A stretch of DNA of 45,386 bases from positions 1 to 45,386 of the forward strand of contig JBQCCX010000068.1 of NCBI GenBank assembly GCA_051961815.1, given 5' to 3'. Positions 1 to 8,668 of the stretch are shown here, in pieces; within the stretch, counting starts at the first letter, position 1; each line of letters starts with the position of its first letter. The notes beneath the pieces were generated by a model. That model saw nothing but the letters and a program-made list of their open reading frames with translations. It searched no databases and had not been told where the DNA came from. The stretch comes from Xanthobacteraceae bacterium. Lineage in GTDB: Bacteria > Pseudomonadota > Alphaproteobacteria > Rhizobiales > Xanthobacteraceae. The translations under genes and the position numbers were made by a program.

Positions 1-1357
1 GACTGACGCAGGTCATCTCGGTGCAGACCAAAGCCGCGCCGCCTTTGGCGCGTTCGCCGTAATGGACGAGATGCCAATCGGTCGGGCAGCCGTCGACCGC
101 TTTGTATTGCGCCATCGGCGAGACCACGATGCGGTTCTTCAGCCGCATATCGCGCAACCGGAACGGCGCGAACATCGGACGCCGGATGGTGTTGTCGGCG
201 GCGCCGGCGAGCCGCTGGAACCAGGCCTCCGCGCCTTCCAGCCAGTCGCGGTCGCGCAACCGCAAATTCTCGTGGCTGATGCGCTGCGAGCGGGTCAGCA
301 GCGAATAATTGAATTGCACCGGATCGAGATGCAGATAGCGTTCCACGTCCTCGAACCATTCGAGCGAATTGCGCGCCGCCGATTGCAGCCGCAATACTTC
401 GGTGCGCCGGGCATCCTCGTATTTGGCAAAAGCCGAAGCCAGATTCGGCTCACTCTGCAAAAGGTCCGCCATGGCGATCGCGCTCTCCATGGCGAGCTTG
501 GTGCCCGAGCCGACGGAAAAATGCGCGGTTGCGGCGGCATCACCCATCAAGACGATGTTTTCGTGCGACCACGTCTCGCACAGCACGCGCGGAAAATTCA
601 GCCAAGCCGAGCCGCGCAAATGCGACGCGTTCGACATCAGCGCATGGCCGCCGAGATATTTTTCGAAAATGCGCTCGCAGGTCCGGCACGAGTCCTCCTG
701 GCTCATTGTTTCGAAACCGAAGGCACGCCAGGTCGCCTCCGAACATTCGACGATGAAGGTCGCGGTATCGGCGTCGAACTGGTAGGCGTGCGCCCACACC
801 CAGCCGTGCTCGGTCTCCTCGAAGATGAAGGTGAAAGCATCGTCGAATTTCTGGCGGGTACCGAGCCAGACAAATTTGTTTTTGCGGGTCTCGATGGCCG
901 GCTTGAACGCCGGGGCGAATTCGTTGCGGGTCTTCGAATTCAAGCCGTCCGCGGCAATGACGAGGTCATAGTCCTTGGCGAGCGCGCCGGCGCTGGCGAT
1001 CTCGTTCTGAAAGCGCAAATCCGCGCCGAGCTCCCGCGCCCGCTCCTGCAGCAGCAACAGCAGCGTCTTGCGTGCGATTCCGGAAAAGCCATGGCCGGTC
1101 GAGACGATTCTCTGGCCGCGATAATGAACCGCGATATCATCCCAATAGGCGAAATGCTCGCGGATTGCTTGTGCGCTGACCGGATCGTTGGCCGCGATAT
1201 TGTCGAAGGTCTCGTTGGAGAACACCACGCCCCAGCCGAAGGTGTCGTCGGGCCGGTTGCGCTCGAATACGGTGACGTCGTGCGCGCGGTCGCGCAGCTT
1301 GATGCTGATTGCCGAATAGAGCCCTGCCGGGCCGCCGCCGAGGCAAGCGATCTTCAT
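1..1357 (-). CDS. Bifunctional FAD monooxygenase / OYE-type reductase of the salicylyl-CoA 5-hydroxylase / 2-aminobenzoyl-CoA monooxygenase-reductase family (N-terminal ~452 codons; runs off the left edge)
   Basis: Absent from the ORF track because it is open at the window edge. The reverse complement of 1357..1 reads without a stop: MKIACLGGGPAGLYSAISIKLRDRAHDVTVFERNRPDDTFGWGVVFSNETF...VIAADGLNSKTR...LMGDAAATAHFSVGSGTKLAMESA..., then ...FRLRDMRLKNRIVVSPMAQYKAVDGCPTDWHLVHYGERAKGGAALVCTEMTCVS. It shows the GxGxxG, DG and GD flavoprotein-hydroxylase motifs, followed by the start of an Old-Yellow-Enzyme-like domain. The 62..1444 + ORF is its antisense shadow. Confidence 0.85.
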   Translation of the reverse strand, partial: MKIACLGGGPAGLYSAISIKLRDRAHDVTVFERNRPDDTFGWGVVFSNETFDNIAANDPVSAQAIREHFAYWDDIAVHYRGQRIVSTGHGFSGIARKTLLLLLQERARELGADLRFQNEIASAGALAKDYDLVIAADGLNSKTRNEFAPAFKPAIETRKNKFVWLGTRQKFDDAFTFIFEETEHGWVWAHAYQFDADTATFIVECSEATWRAFGFETMSQEDSCRTCERIFEKYLGGHALMSNASHLRGSAWLNFPRVLCETWSHENIVLMGDAAATAHFSVGSGTKLAMESAIAMADLLQSEPNLASAFAKYEDARRTEVLRLQSAARNSLEWFEDVERYLHLDPVQFNYSLLTRSQRISHENLRLRDRDWLEGAEAWFQRLAGAADNTIRRPMFAPFRLRDMRLKNRIVVSPMAQYKAVDGCPTDWHLVHYGERAKGGAALVCTEMTCVS

Positions 1358-1422
1358 GCCCAACCTTCAAGCCAATACGCTTTCCGCGCTTTCTTAGAAT
1401 GGCATCGACAGGAAAGTATTTC

Positions 1423-1449
1423 AAGCTTAAATATTCAATGTTAAAGCTT
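1423..1449. promoter_or_regulatory. AT-rich imperfect palindrome (aagcttaaatatt-c-aatgttaaagctt) in a divergent promoter region; candidate operator
   Basis: Seen directly. Its outer AAGCTT arms are perfect and the inner arms carry two mismatched pairs. It lies between the divergent starts at 1357 (-) and 1497/1545 (+), and is AT-rich against a GC-rich background. Confidence 0.25.
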
Positions 1450-1544
1450 TATCGGCCATCCAAGCGCCGCTTCCGACGGAGCCGCTGGCGTGTATTATGG
1501 CTTTGGGCAATAAAGCTTTTTTCGGATTGCGGAGCGGGACCCTG

Positions 1545-3206
1545 ATGAGCGGGAGGAACTCCATTGTCGCCGATGTGATCGCGAGCGACCTCGCCCGCTA
1601 TGGCGCACGGCGCTGTTTTGCCCTTCTCGGCACCGCCAATTTCAAGGTTTCGCACGCGCTGGCGCAGGCCGGCGTCGAACTCATTTCCGCGCGCCACGAA
1701 TGTAATGCCGCGAGCATGGCCGATGCCTATGCCAAAGCGAGCGGCGAACTCACCCTCGTCAGCGTCCATTCCGGACCGGCATTGACCAATGCGCTGACCG
1801 GAATTGGTGAAGCGGCGAAAAGCCGGACGCCGCTTGTGGTGCTCGCCGGCGATGTGCCGAACGGGGCGGTGAAAAACAATTTCCATATCGAGCAGGCCGA
1901 GATGGTGCGCGCGGTCGGCGCCGTCGCGGAGCGGCTGCATACGCCGGGCAGCGCCCGCGACGACACGTTGCGTGCGGTGACGCGCGCCTTGCGCGAGCGG
2001 CAAACCGTCGTGCTCAGCCTGCCGCTCGACGTGCAGCACGCGCCGCTCGCCTCGAATCTGCCGCCGCTCGAACTGCCTCCAAGCGGCGGACGGCTACATC
2101 CCGATCCTCGCGCGGTCAAAGCGCTCGCCGATGCACTGTCGCAAGCGCAGCGTCCGCTCATTCTCGGCGGCCGCGGCGCGGTCATTGCCGACTCCGAAGC
2201 GACATTGATCGAGTTGGCGGAACGCACCGGCGCGCTACTAGCGACTTCGGTCTGCGGCCACGGCCTGTTTTCGACCAGTCCCTGGTCGCTCGGCATCAGC
2301 GGCGGTTTCTCCTCACCGATCGCCGACGAATTGATCGCGGAGAGCGATTGCATCGTCGCTTTCGGCGCAAGTTTGACGTCGTGGACAACCAAGCGAGGCA
2401 AGCTGATCGCGCCGGGCACCGTGGTCGCGCAAGTCGATGTCGAAACCGGAAAGCTCGGCTACCAGATGCCGGTGCAGATTGCGGTCCATGGCGACGCCCA
2501 AGCGACGGCGGAAATGCTCCTTGCCGAACTTAAGCGGCGCGGCGCGAAACCGCGGCCGGGCCGGCGCACCGAAGCGATGCGCGAGCGTATTCGCGCCGGC
2601 GACAATCACCATTATCCGCACCCGGACGAATCGAGCGGCGATTTCATCGACCCTCGCACTTTGAGCAAAGCGGTCGACGCGATCCTTCCGGAGGAACGCG
2701 TGGTGGCCTCCGATTCCGGCCATTTTTGCGGTTGGGTACCACGCTATTTGCGGGTGCCGAATGCGCGCGCTTCGTGCTTGAGCCATTCGTTCCAGTCGGT
2801 CGGGCTTGGGCTGCCGTCGGCGATCGGGCTCGCCATCGCCAATCCCGGCAAGCTCGCCGTGCTGGGCACCGGCGACGGCGGCTTGCTGATGTCGATGGCG
2901 GACCTGGAAACCGCGCTGCGCTTGAAGCTTCGCCTGTGCATCCTGGTTTATAACGATGCTTCCTATGCCGCCGAGGTGCATTACTTCCGGCGGCAAGGCT
3001 ATTCAGTGGATATTGTGCAGTTTCCCGAGACCGATTTTGCTGCCATCGCCCGCGGCTTCGGCGCGCGCGGCGTCACGGTGCGGAGCCTCGCCGATCTCGA
3101 TCCGCTCAAAGCCTGGGTCGCCGAGGGCGCGCCGGGCGTGTTCGTGATCGACGGCAAGATCAACCCCAATCTCGAGGCCGACTGGCACGCCGAGCATTTT
3201 CCCTAA
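1545..3206 (+). CDS. Thiamine-pyrophosphate-dependent enzyme (acetolactate synthase / benzoylformate decarboxylase superfamily)
   Basis: The ORF is 1497..3206. I prefer the ATG at 1545 (MSGRNS...), which is preceded by ggagcggga. N-terminal PYR domain: ...LLGTANFKVSHALAQAGVELISARHECNAASMADAYAK.... C-terminal TPP motif: GDGGLLMSMADLETALRLKLRLCILVYNDASY. Confidence 0.85.
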   Translation: MSGRNSIVADVIASDLARYGARRCFALLGTANFKVSHALAQAGVELISARHECNAASMADAYAKASGELTLVSVHSGPALTNALTGIGEAAKSRTPLVVLAGDVPNGAVKNNFHIEQAEMVRAVGAVAERLHTPGSARDDTLRAVTRALRERQTVVLSLPLDVQHAPLASNLPPLELPPSGGRLHPDPRAVKALADALSQAQRPLILGGRGAVIADSEATLIELAERTGALLATSVCGHGLFSTSPWSLGISGGFSSPIADELIAESDCIVAFGASLTSWTTKRGKLIAPGTVVAQVDVETGKLGYQMPVQIAVHGDAQATAEMLLAELKRRGAKPRPGRRTEAMRERIRAGDNHHYPHPDESSGDFIDPRTLSKAVDAILPEERVVASDSGHFCGWVPRYLRVPNARASCLSHSFQSVGLGLPSAIGLAIANPGKLAVLGTGDGGLLMSMADLETALRLKLRLCILVYNDASYAAEVHYFRRQGYSVDIVQFPETDFAAIARGFGARGVTVRSLADLDPLKAWVAEGAPGVFVIDGKINPNLEADWHAEHFP

Positions 3207-3212
3207 ACCAAA

Positions 3213-3298
3213 CGTCATCCTGAGGTGCGAGCGAAGCGAGCCTCGAAGGATGGCCGTCGCCCTTCGAGGGCCGCTTCGCGGTCACCTCAGGGTGACGG
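3213..3298. repeat. ~86-bp imperfect palindromic REP-like element (cgtcatcctgaggtgcgagcgaagcgagcctcgaagg / ccttcgagggccgcttcgcggtcacctcagggtgacg)
   Basis: The long inverted repeat is read directly. It sits between the convergent genes ending at 3206 (+) and 3311 (-). Confidence 0.8.
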
Positions 3299-3310
3299 AT
3301 TTTGTCGGCG

Positions 3311-4108
3311 TTAAAAATTGCCTCCGACCCCGCGCGCCGGCAGGTAATGCAGCACGCGGCGCTCGATCAGGATCACCGCCACGTAAGCGATGCCGCCGAC
3401 CAAGGTCAGCATCACGATCGAGACGAAAACCAACGGCGTATTGGCCTGGCCTTCGCCGAAGGTGAGCAGATAGCCAAGGCCGAGATTGCCGCCGACCAGT
3501 TCGCCGACCACGACGCCGACGACGGCCAGTGTCGAGCCGATGCGCAAGCCGGCAAACATCGGCGGCATCGAGCTTGGAAATTCGATGCGCCAGAAGATCT
3601 GGGCTCGCGACGCCTTGAAGGCGCGCGCGAGATTGATCAGATCGGGATCGACATTGCGCACCGCCGTGAGCACGTTCACCATCACCGGAAAGAACACGAT
3701 GAGGATCGCCACCAGGATTTTCGGATAGACGGTGAAGCCCATCCACAGAATGAACAATGGCGCAAACGCCACCTTGGGCGCGATCTGCAGCGCCAGGATG
3801 TAAGGCGACAGCGCCAGCTCGGCGGTCGGCGACATGCCGAGCAGATAGCCGACCAGCGCGCCAAGGAGACTGCCAAGAATAAAGCCGGCCAACACTTCGG
3901 CCACCGTCACGCCGGTGTGAAGCGGCAGATGATAAACCTCCCAGGCGCGCACGAATTCGGCGGCGACGCTGGAGAGCGGCGGCACGATGAAGGAAGGAAT
4001 GCCGAGGAGCCCGGGGCCCCATTGCCACGCCGCCAGGAACACGACGAGCAGCGCGACGCTGGCGATCGTGCCGCGACGCACGCGTGCGGATTGCGCGCCG
4101 TGGATCAT
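3311..4108 (-). CDS. ABC transporter permease, NitT/TauT (nitrate/sulfonate/bicarbonate-type) family
   Basis: 265-aa polytopic membrane protein. It has the typical ...LALQIAPKVAFAPLFILWMGF... and ...LARAFKASRAQIFWRIEFPSSMPPMFAGLRIG... (EAA-loop region). Its ATG overlaps the upstream ATPase stop (ATGA at 4105-4108). Confidence 0.85.
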   Translation of the reverse strand: MIHGAQSARVRRGTIASVALLVVFLAAWQWGPGLLGIPSFIVPPLSSVAAEFVRAWEVYHLPLHTGVTVAEVLAGFILGSLLGALVGYLLGMSPTAELALSPYILALQIAPKVAFAPLFILWMGFTVYPKILVAILIVFFPVMVNVLTAVRNVDPDLINLARAFKASRAQIFWRIEFPSSMPPMFAGLRIGSTLAVVGVVVGELVGGNLGLGYLLTFGEGQANTPLVFVSIVMLTLVGGIAYVAVILIERRVLHYLPARGVGGNF

Positions 4109-4944
4109 TTTGCGTTTTCCGGTTCGCGCGCGAGCCCGCCATGGCCTTCCAGCGCGACGTTTTCCAGCGACACATGGGCGATATCGAGCCGGTCCATCAA
4201 TTGCGCCACGTAGTCGCCGAACCTGGCATCGCGCCGCCGCACCATCGGGTTGTCGCGTTGGGGCAGATCGATCGCGATTTCATCGATGATCGTTCCGGGT
4301 CGCCGGCTCATGACCAGGACGCGATCCGACAATGTCACCGCTTCCGCAAGATCATGGGTGATGAGGAGCGCGGTTTTGTTTGCCGCTTTGAGCGTCTGCG
4401 CGAGATCGTGCTGCAGCACCATGCGGGTCTGAGCATCGACGGCGGAGAAAGGCTCGTCCAACAAGAGCACGTGCGGATCGACCGCAAGCGTGCGCGCCAG
4501 CGCGACGCGCTGCCGCATGCCGCCCGACAATTGATGCGGGTAGTGGCCGGAAAATTCGGCGAGCTTGAAGTTCGCCAGCAAAGCCGCGGCGCGGCGTTTG
4601 CGCTCCTCGACCGGTACGCCCTGAATTTCGACGCCGAACATGACGTTCTCGGCAACCGTGCGCCATGGCAGCAGCAGGTCCTTTTGCAGCATGAAGGCAA
4701 CTTGCGCATTCGGACCGGCGACGCGCGCGCCGTCGACCAAGGCAGCGCCTTCGCTCGGCGCGGTCAGACCGGAGCCGATATTGAGAAGCGTGCTTTTGCC
4801 GCAGCCGGTCGGCCCGATCAGCGACACGACTTCGGCATCGTGAACCGAAAAGCTCACACCGCGCACGGCCGTAAGGGCCTGCCCGCCCTTGGCATCCGCG
4901 AAACGCATGGTCACGTTGCGGTATTCGAGGCGGACGACGGACAT
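4105..4944 (-). CDS. ABC transporter ATP-binding protein, NitT/TauT family
   Basis: Walker A GPTGCGKST, signature LSGGMRQRVALAR, Walker B LLLDEPFSAVD. The track ORF extends to 5016. I prefer the ATG at 4944 (MSVVRLEYRNV...), which matches usual family N-termini. Confidence 0.9.
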   Translation of the reverse strand: MSVVRLEYRNVTMRFADAKGGQALTAVRGVSFSVHDAEVVSLIGPTGCGKSTLLNIGSGLTAPSEGAALVDGARVAGPNAQVAFMLQKDLLLPWRTVAENVMFGVEIQGVPVEERKRRAAALLANFKLAEFSGHYPHQLSGGMRQRVALARTLAVDPHVLLLDEPFSAVDAQTRMVLQHDLAQTLKAANKTALLITHDLAEAVTLSDRVLVMSRRPGTIIDEIAIDLPQRDNPMVRRRDARFGDYVAQLMDRLDIAHVSLENVALEGHGGLAREPENAK

Positions 4945-5053
4945 TTCAGACCATCGGGACAACGAGCGGCGGCTTGTCAGGGGTTGGCGTTGCGTGTTCT
5001 CGCTCGGATAATTCAACTATACTGTAAAATCGCTGTACCGCGAGGGGGATAAG

Positions 5054-6058
5054 ATGCTCGACAGTCCTGGCCGTTTTGATCTCTGCCGCGCGCTTTGGGC
5101 CGCCGCCGCGCTGCTGCTCGCCGCGATGGTCGTGAATGGGCCGACGGCGGCGCAGGCCGACGAGAAGATCACATACCTGTTCCCTGCCCCGCCGATTCTG
5201 CCGGCGTTCGGCCCGATCCAGATCGCCAAAGGCAAAGGCTATTTTTCGCAAGCCGGGCTCGACGTGAGTTACGCGGTCGGCCGCGGCGGCGTCGATGTCG
5301 CCAAGGAAGTCGGCGCCGGCAATGTGCCGCTCGGCGGCATCGTTGCCGATGGGCCGATTGTGGTGCGGCAGAACGGTGTGCCGGTGAAGATCGTGGCGCT
5401 GTTCGGCGGCAAGGGATTCATGCAGCTCGTGGTGCGCGCGGATTCCGGCATCCAGAAGCCGGCCGATCTGAAAGGCAAGACCATCACCGTGATGTCCTAT
5501 CAGGACACCACGTTCTATGCGCTGCTCGGTCTCCTAGCGAGCGCCGGGCTGACGCAAAACGACGTCGACATCCAGGCCGCCGGTCCGGTCGGCGTCTGGC
5601 AGTTCGTCGCCACCGGGAAATCGGTCGGCATGGCCGGCGTGCCGGACTGGATTCCGCCGGTCGAAGCGGCTGGCGTTCCCATCAAAATCCTGCCGACCGA
5701 TGAATTCTTCCCGCACATGGCGCAGGCGGTCGCCGCCTCGGATCAGATCATCAAGGACAAGCCGGACCTGGTGCGCAATTTCGTCAAGGCCGCGCTGCAC
5801 GGCATGAAAGATATTATGGATGACTCCGACAAGGCAGCGGCCGATTTCGTGAAATTCGTGCCGGAGTGGACGGGAAAGGAAAACCAGGTCAAGGAAGCGT
5901 TCGCCTATTACGACAAACTGGTTTATCCCGGCCAGAAAGTGCTGGGCGCGGTCGATCCCGAGCGCATGGCGACGTTGCAAGACTTCTATCTCGCCAAGGG
6001 CATCATTCAGAAGAAGTCGCCGGTCGACGAGCTGTTCACCAATCAATTCGTGCAGTAG
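5054..6058 (+). CDS. Periplasmic substrate-binding protein, NMT1/THI5-like (NitT/TauT-type ABC system)
   Basis: Signal-peptide-like N-terminus (LWAAAALLLAAMVVNGPTAAQA). A ~300-aa periplasmic body follows: ...YLFPAPPILPAFGPIQIAKGKGYFSQAGLDV.... It is divergent from the matching ATPase/permease pair. Confidence 0.8.
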   Translation: MLDSPGRFDLCRALWAAAALLLAAMVVNGPTAAQADEKITYLFPAPPILPAFGPIQIAKGKGYFSQAGLDVSYAVGRGGVDVAKEVGAGNVPLGGIVADGPIVVRQNGVPVKIVALFGGKGFMQLVVRADSGIQKPADLKGKTITVMSYQDTTFYALLGLLASAGLTQNDVDIQAAGPVGVWQFVATGKSVGMAGVPDWIPPVEAAGVPIKILPTDEFFPHMAQAVAASDQIIKDKPDLVRNFVKAALHGMKDIMDDSDKAAADFVKFVPEWTGKENQVKEAFAYYDKLVYPGQKVLGAVDPERMATLQDFYLAKGIIQKKSPVDELFTNQFVQ

Positions 6059-6074
6059 ACGTTTGCGCGGCGCT

Positions 6075-6199
6075 CGTCATTGCGAGCCAACGGGCCCGGC
6101 CCGAAGTGGCCGGCCCGATGACAAGCTCCGCGAAGCAATCCAGCCGCTGTGACAAACCGCTCTGGATTGCTTCGTCGCTTGCGCTCCTCGCAATGACGG
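6075..6199. repeat. Nested palindromic REP-like element (outer arms cgtcattgcgag/ctcgcaatgacg; inner arms gcgaagcaatccag/ctggattgcttcg)
   Basis: The inverted repeats are read directly. It lies between the convergent genes ending at 6058 (+) and 6204 (-). It generates the spurious ORF 5866..6216. Confidence 0.8.
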
Positions 6200-6203
6200 T
6201 TTC

Positions 6204-6620
6204 TCACTTCCGGTAACTGTCCGTCCCCTGCCAGCCGTGCTTTGAGATATCGAAAATCACGCCGTCGGGATCCTTGAACTTGCGCTCGAAATTGCCGTGG
6301 CGCTCCTCGCCGAGATCGAAAAAGAATTTGCCGCCGTTAGCCTCGATGCGCTTTTGCGTTTCGGCGAGATCGTCCACCTGAAAGCCGAAATGGTGGGCGC
6401 CGACATGCGCGGTCGGATTCTTCAAATCCGAAGCCTTGCTGCCGGCTGCGCCGGTAAAATTGAGCAAAGCGAGATTGATCACGCCGTCGCTCATATAAAT
6501 CGCCGAGCCGATATCCAGATCCTCACGGCCGATCCGTTTGAGCTCGAACACGTTCTCATAGAATTTCGCCGATTTCTCGAGGTCATTCACGCAGACGGCA
6601 AAATGGCGCAACCGGGCCAT
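6204..6620 (-). CDS. VOC (glyoxalase/bleomycin-resistance/extradiol dioxygenase fold) family protein
   Basis: MARLRHFAVCVNDLEKSAKFYENVFEL...AHHFGFQVDDL...FKDPDGVIFDI. The ATG at 6620 is preceded by aaggag. The track start at 6638 is a GTG upstream of that SD. Confidence 0.8.
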   Translation of the reverse strand: MARLRHFAVCVNDLEKSAKFYENVFELKRIGREDLDIGSAIYMSDGVINLALLNFTGAAGSKASDLKNPTAHVGAHHFGFQVDDLAETQKRIEANGGKFFFDLGEERHGNFERKFKDPDGVIFDISKHGWQGTDSYRK

Positions 6621-6657
6621 GGGCCACTCCTTGTTCACCTATTCGCCAAATCATAAG

Positions 6658-6673
6658 GCAAGCACTTGCTTGC
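6658..6673. promoter_or_regulatory. Inverted repeat gcaagc-N4-gcttgc in a divergent promoter region; candidate operator
   Basis: Read directly, between the VOC gene start (6620, -) and the monooxygenase start (6704, +). Confidence 0.2.
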
Positions 6674-6703
6674 GTCACCTCAAGCTGCCAGCACTGTAGC
6701 ACC

Positions 6704-7822
6704 ATGGCCAAGCGTCACGCCGAAATTGCCGGCGCGGGATTTGCCGGACTGACCGCCGCTTGCGCGCTCGCCCAGCGCGGCTGGAGCGTGCGCGTGCATG
6801 AGCGCGCCGATCGCCTGCGCACCACCGGCGCCGGCATTTACATCTACGAAAACGGACTTCGCGTTCTGGAGGCGGTCGGAGCCTATGACGCGGCGGTCAA
6901 AGGTGCGCCCTTTGCCCATACCCGCGAGGTCCGTGACGGAAGCGGTCGGCTGATTGCGACCCATAGCTGGAAAGGCAGCCGCGTCTTTTCCATCGTGCGC
7001 CAGAACGTCATCAATGCGCTGGCGGATGCCGCGCGGCGCGCCGGCGCCGAGATCGTGACCAACTCGGTGGCGGTCGAGGCCACGCCCGAAGGCGAATTGA
7101 TGCTGGCGGACGACACACGCTGCAAGGCCGCTCTCGTGGTCGCTGCCGATGGCAGCAATTCGCGGCTGCGCGACCGGCTCGGGCTCCTCGCCAAGCGCAA
7201 ATATCTGGTGGACGGCTGTACCCGCCTGCTCTTGGACAAGACCGCGGCGGAGCGCGCGAGCGGCGACGGCAAGACAATCGAATATTGGTCGGGCACGCGG
7301 CGCATTCTGTACACGCCCTGCAGCGAGACCGACATCTATATCGCGCTAACGATGCTCGACGCCGACGAAACCGCCAAAGCCGTGCCGGTCCGCAAGGACG
7401 ATTGGAAACGCTGGTTTCCGCCGCTGCAAGCCTTGATCGACCGTATCGGCAGCGGGGGTCGTTATGACCGTTTCGAGCTGATCAAGCTGAAAACCTGGTC
7501 GGCCGGGCGCGTCGCGTTCCTCGGCGACGCCGCGCATGCGCTGCCGCCGAATATCGGCCAGGGTGGCGGCTGTGCCATGATGAATGCGTTGTCGCTTGCG
7601 GTTTATCTGGAGCGGGAAACCGAGATCGCCGCGGGCTTGCGAGCCTGGGAGCGCAACGAGCGCCCCATGACCGAGCACACCCAGCGGATTTCTTATTGGC
7701 TTGGGCTGCCGACAACCTGGCCGCCGGCGCTGCGCGCCGCCGCGCTCGGGCTCGCCGGCCGCTCGAAATGGCTGACCGCGCAACGTACCCGCACCGCCCT
7801 GCACCGGCCAACCGGGACGTAG
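6704..7822 (+). CDS. FAD-dependent aromatic monooxygenase (salicylate/3-hydroxybenzoate hydroxylase-like, UbiH/PHBH class)
   Basis: GxGxxG (IAGAGFAGLTAACALAQRGWSVRVHER), DG motif (VVAADGSNSRLR) and GD motif (FLGDAAHALPPNIGQGGGCAMMNA). Confidence 0.85.
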   Translation: MAKRHAEIAGAGFAGLTAACALAQRGWSVRVHERADRLRTTGAGIYIYENGLRVLEAVGAYDAAVKGAPFAHTREVRDGSGRLIATHSWKGSRVFSIVRQNVINALADAARRAGAEIVTNSVAVEATPEGELMLADDTRCKAALVVAADGSNSRLRDRLGLLAKRKYLVDGCTRLLLDKTAAERASGDGKTIEYWSGTRRILYTPCSETDIYIALTMLDADETAKAVPVRKDDWKRWFPPLQALIDRIGSGGRYDRFELIKLKTWSAGRVAFLGDAAHALPPNIGQGGGCAMMNALSLAVYLERETEIAAGLRAWERNERPMTEHTQRISYWLGLPTTWPPALRAAALGLAGRSKWLTAQRTRTALHRPTGT

Positions 7823-7840
7823 GATTGATGCAACCGTCCG

Positions 7841-7923
7841 CTGGTCCCCGCGAAGGCGGGGACCCAGCTTTGTGTCAGATCGAATGAATCCCGCTGGATT
7901 CCCGCTTACGCGGGAATGAGCGG
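7841..7923 (+). repeat. Two-hairpin REP-like element (ctggtccccgcgaaggcggggacccag ... ctggattcccgcttacgcgggaatgagcgg)
   Basis: The second module is identical to 14430..14459. It sits just 3' of the + gene ending at 7822, between convergent genes. Confidence 0.8.
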
Positions 7924-7937
7924 TTCTTGCACCGCGC

Positions 7938-8504
7938 TCAAAACGGAATCGTGATCCCGTCGAGCGGCGCGTCGCAATTGACGAGATCGACGCGTTTCCA
8001 CGCAATCATGACGCGGCCGTCCGACTGCACCAGCCGGTGCAGCGCGGTGCCGCCGAACATGCGCTGCTGCTCGCGCCTGTATTCGATCATGATGAATTTC
8101 GAGCGCACCGTAGCTGCGTTGCGGTCGCTGGTCTCGATCGTGACATTGCCGACGAAGCGGCTCGTACGTGAGCGCGGCTCCTGCGAATACATCCGCGGAC
8201 TGGCGAGCCGGCGCACCCGCGTTTCGAGGAGGCGGCGATCGTCATAGATCAGCGACACGGTTTGGTGCGGATCCGGCTGATCGGGTTCGCTCGGCACCCA
8301 GTACCACGCGTCGGGGGTGAATAGCGCGAGCCAATCGTCGAATTTGCCTTCGTCGAGCAACCGCGCCTCATGGGCGAGGAATTGCTCGCAGCGATGCAGA
8401 TCGAGCCCGCCGGCGAGCGGCGGCGTGCTGCGCGGCCGCCGCGCAATGGGCCGGCGGGCGCGGATCGCGGCCGGCTTGGATGGACGCTTCGGCTTTCGGG
8501 CCAT
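7938..8504 (-). CDS. Aromatic ring-hydroxylating (Rieske) dioxygenase beta subunit, with a ~30-aa Arg/Pro/Lys-rich N-terminal extension
   Basis: The core is typical of small subunits with the SnoaL/NTF2 fold: ...FLAHEARLLDEGKFDDWLALFTPDAWYWVP...IYDDRRLLETRVRRL...SRTSRFVGNVTIE.... N-terminus: MARKPKRPSKPAAIRARRPIARRPRSTPP. Confidence 0.8.
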   Translation of the reverse strand: MARKPKRPSKPAAIRARRPIARRPRSTPPLAGGLDLHRCEQFLAHEARLLDEGKFDDWLALFTPDAWYWVPSEPDQPDPHQTVSLIYDDRRLLETRVRRLASPRMYSQEPRSRTSRFVGNVTIETSDRNAATVRSKFIMIEYRREQQRMFGGTALHRLVQSDGRVMIAWKRVDLVNCDAPLDGITIPF

Positions 8505-8554
8505 CGCCTAGACCGAATTTCCATGGAAGCAAATCGCTAGCACGATATTTTCCT

Positions 8555-8668
8555 TGCGCATGATCTTGTCCGACCTGCCCACGCCCGCCGAAGCTTCAAC
8601 CCGAACGTACAGCATTTGCTAGGGCTTCGCGCAGGCGGGAAACCGGTTTCCACTTTTCGGGATCATAC
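8555..8668 (-). repeat. REP-like element of the 'ATGATCCCGAAAAGTGG ... GATCATGC' family (first module only), minus orientation
   Basis: The reverse complement reads gtATGATCCCGAAAAGTGGAAACCGGTTTCC...GGACAAGATCATGCGC. Its 5' end matches the elements at 29061 and 32876. It overlaps the stop codon of the alpha-subunit gene. Confidence 0.75.

Noticed and set aside
62-1444. 460-aa + strand ORF, the longest ORF at the left end
   Set aside because: Its composition is the Arg/Ala/His/Gly-rich type typical of antisense frames in GC-rich DNA. It has no motifs. The opposite strand encodes a clear flavoprotein hydroxylase.
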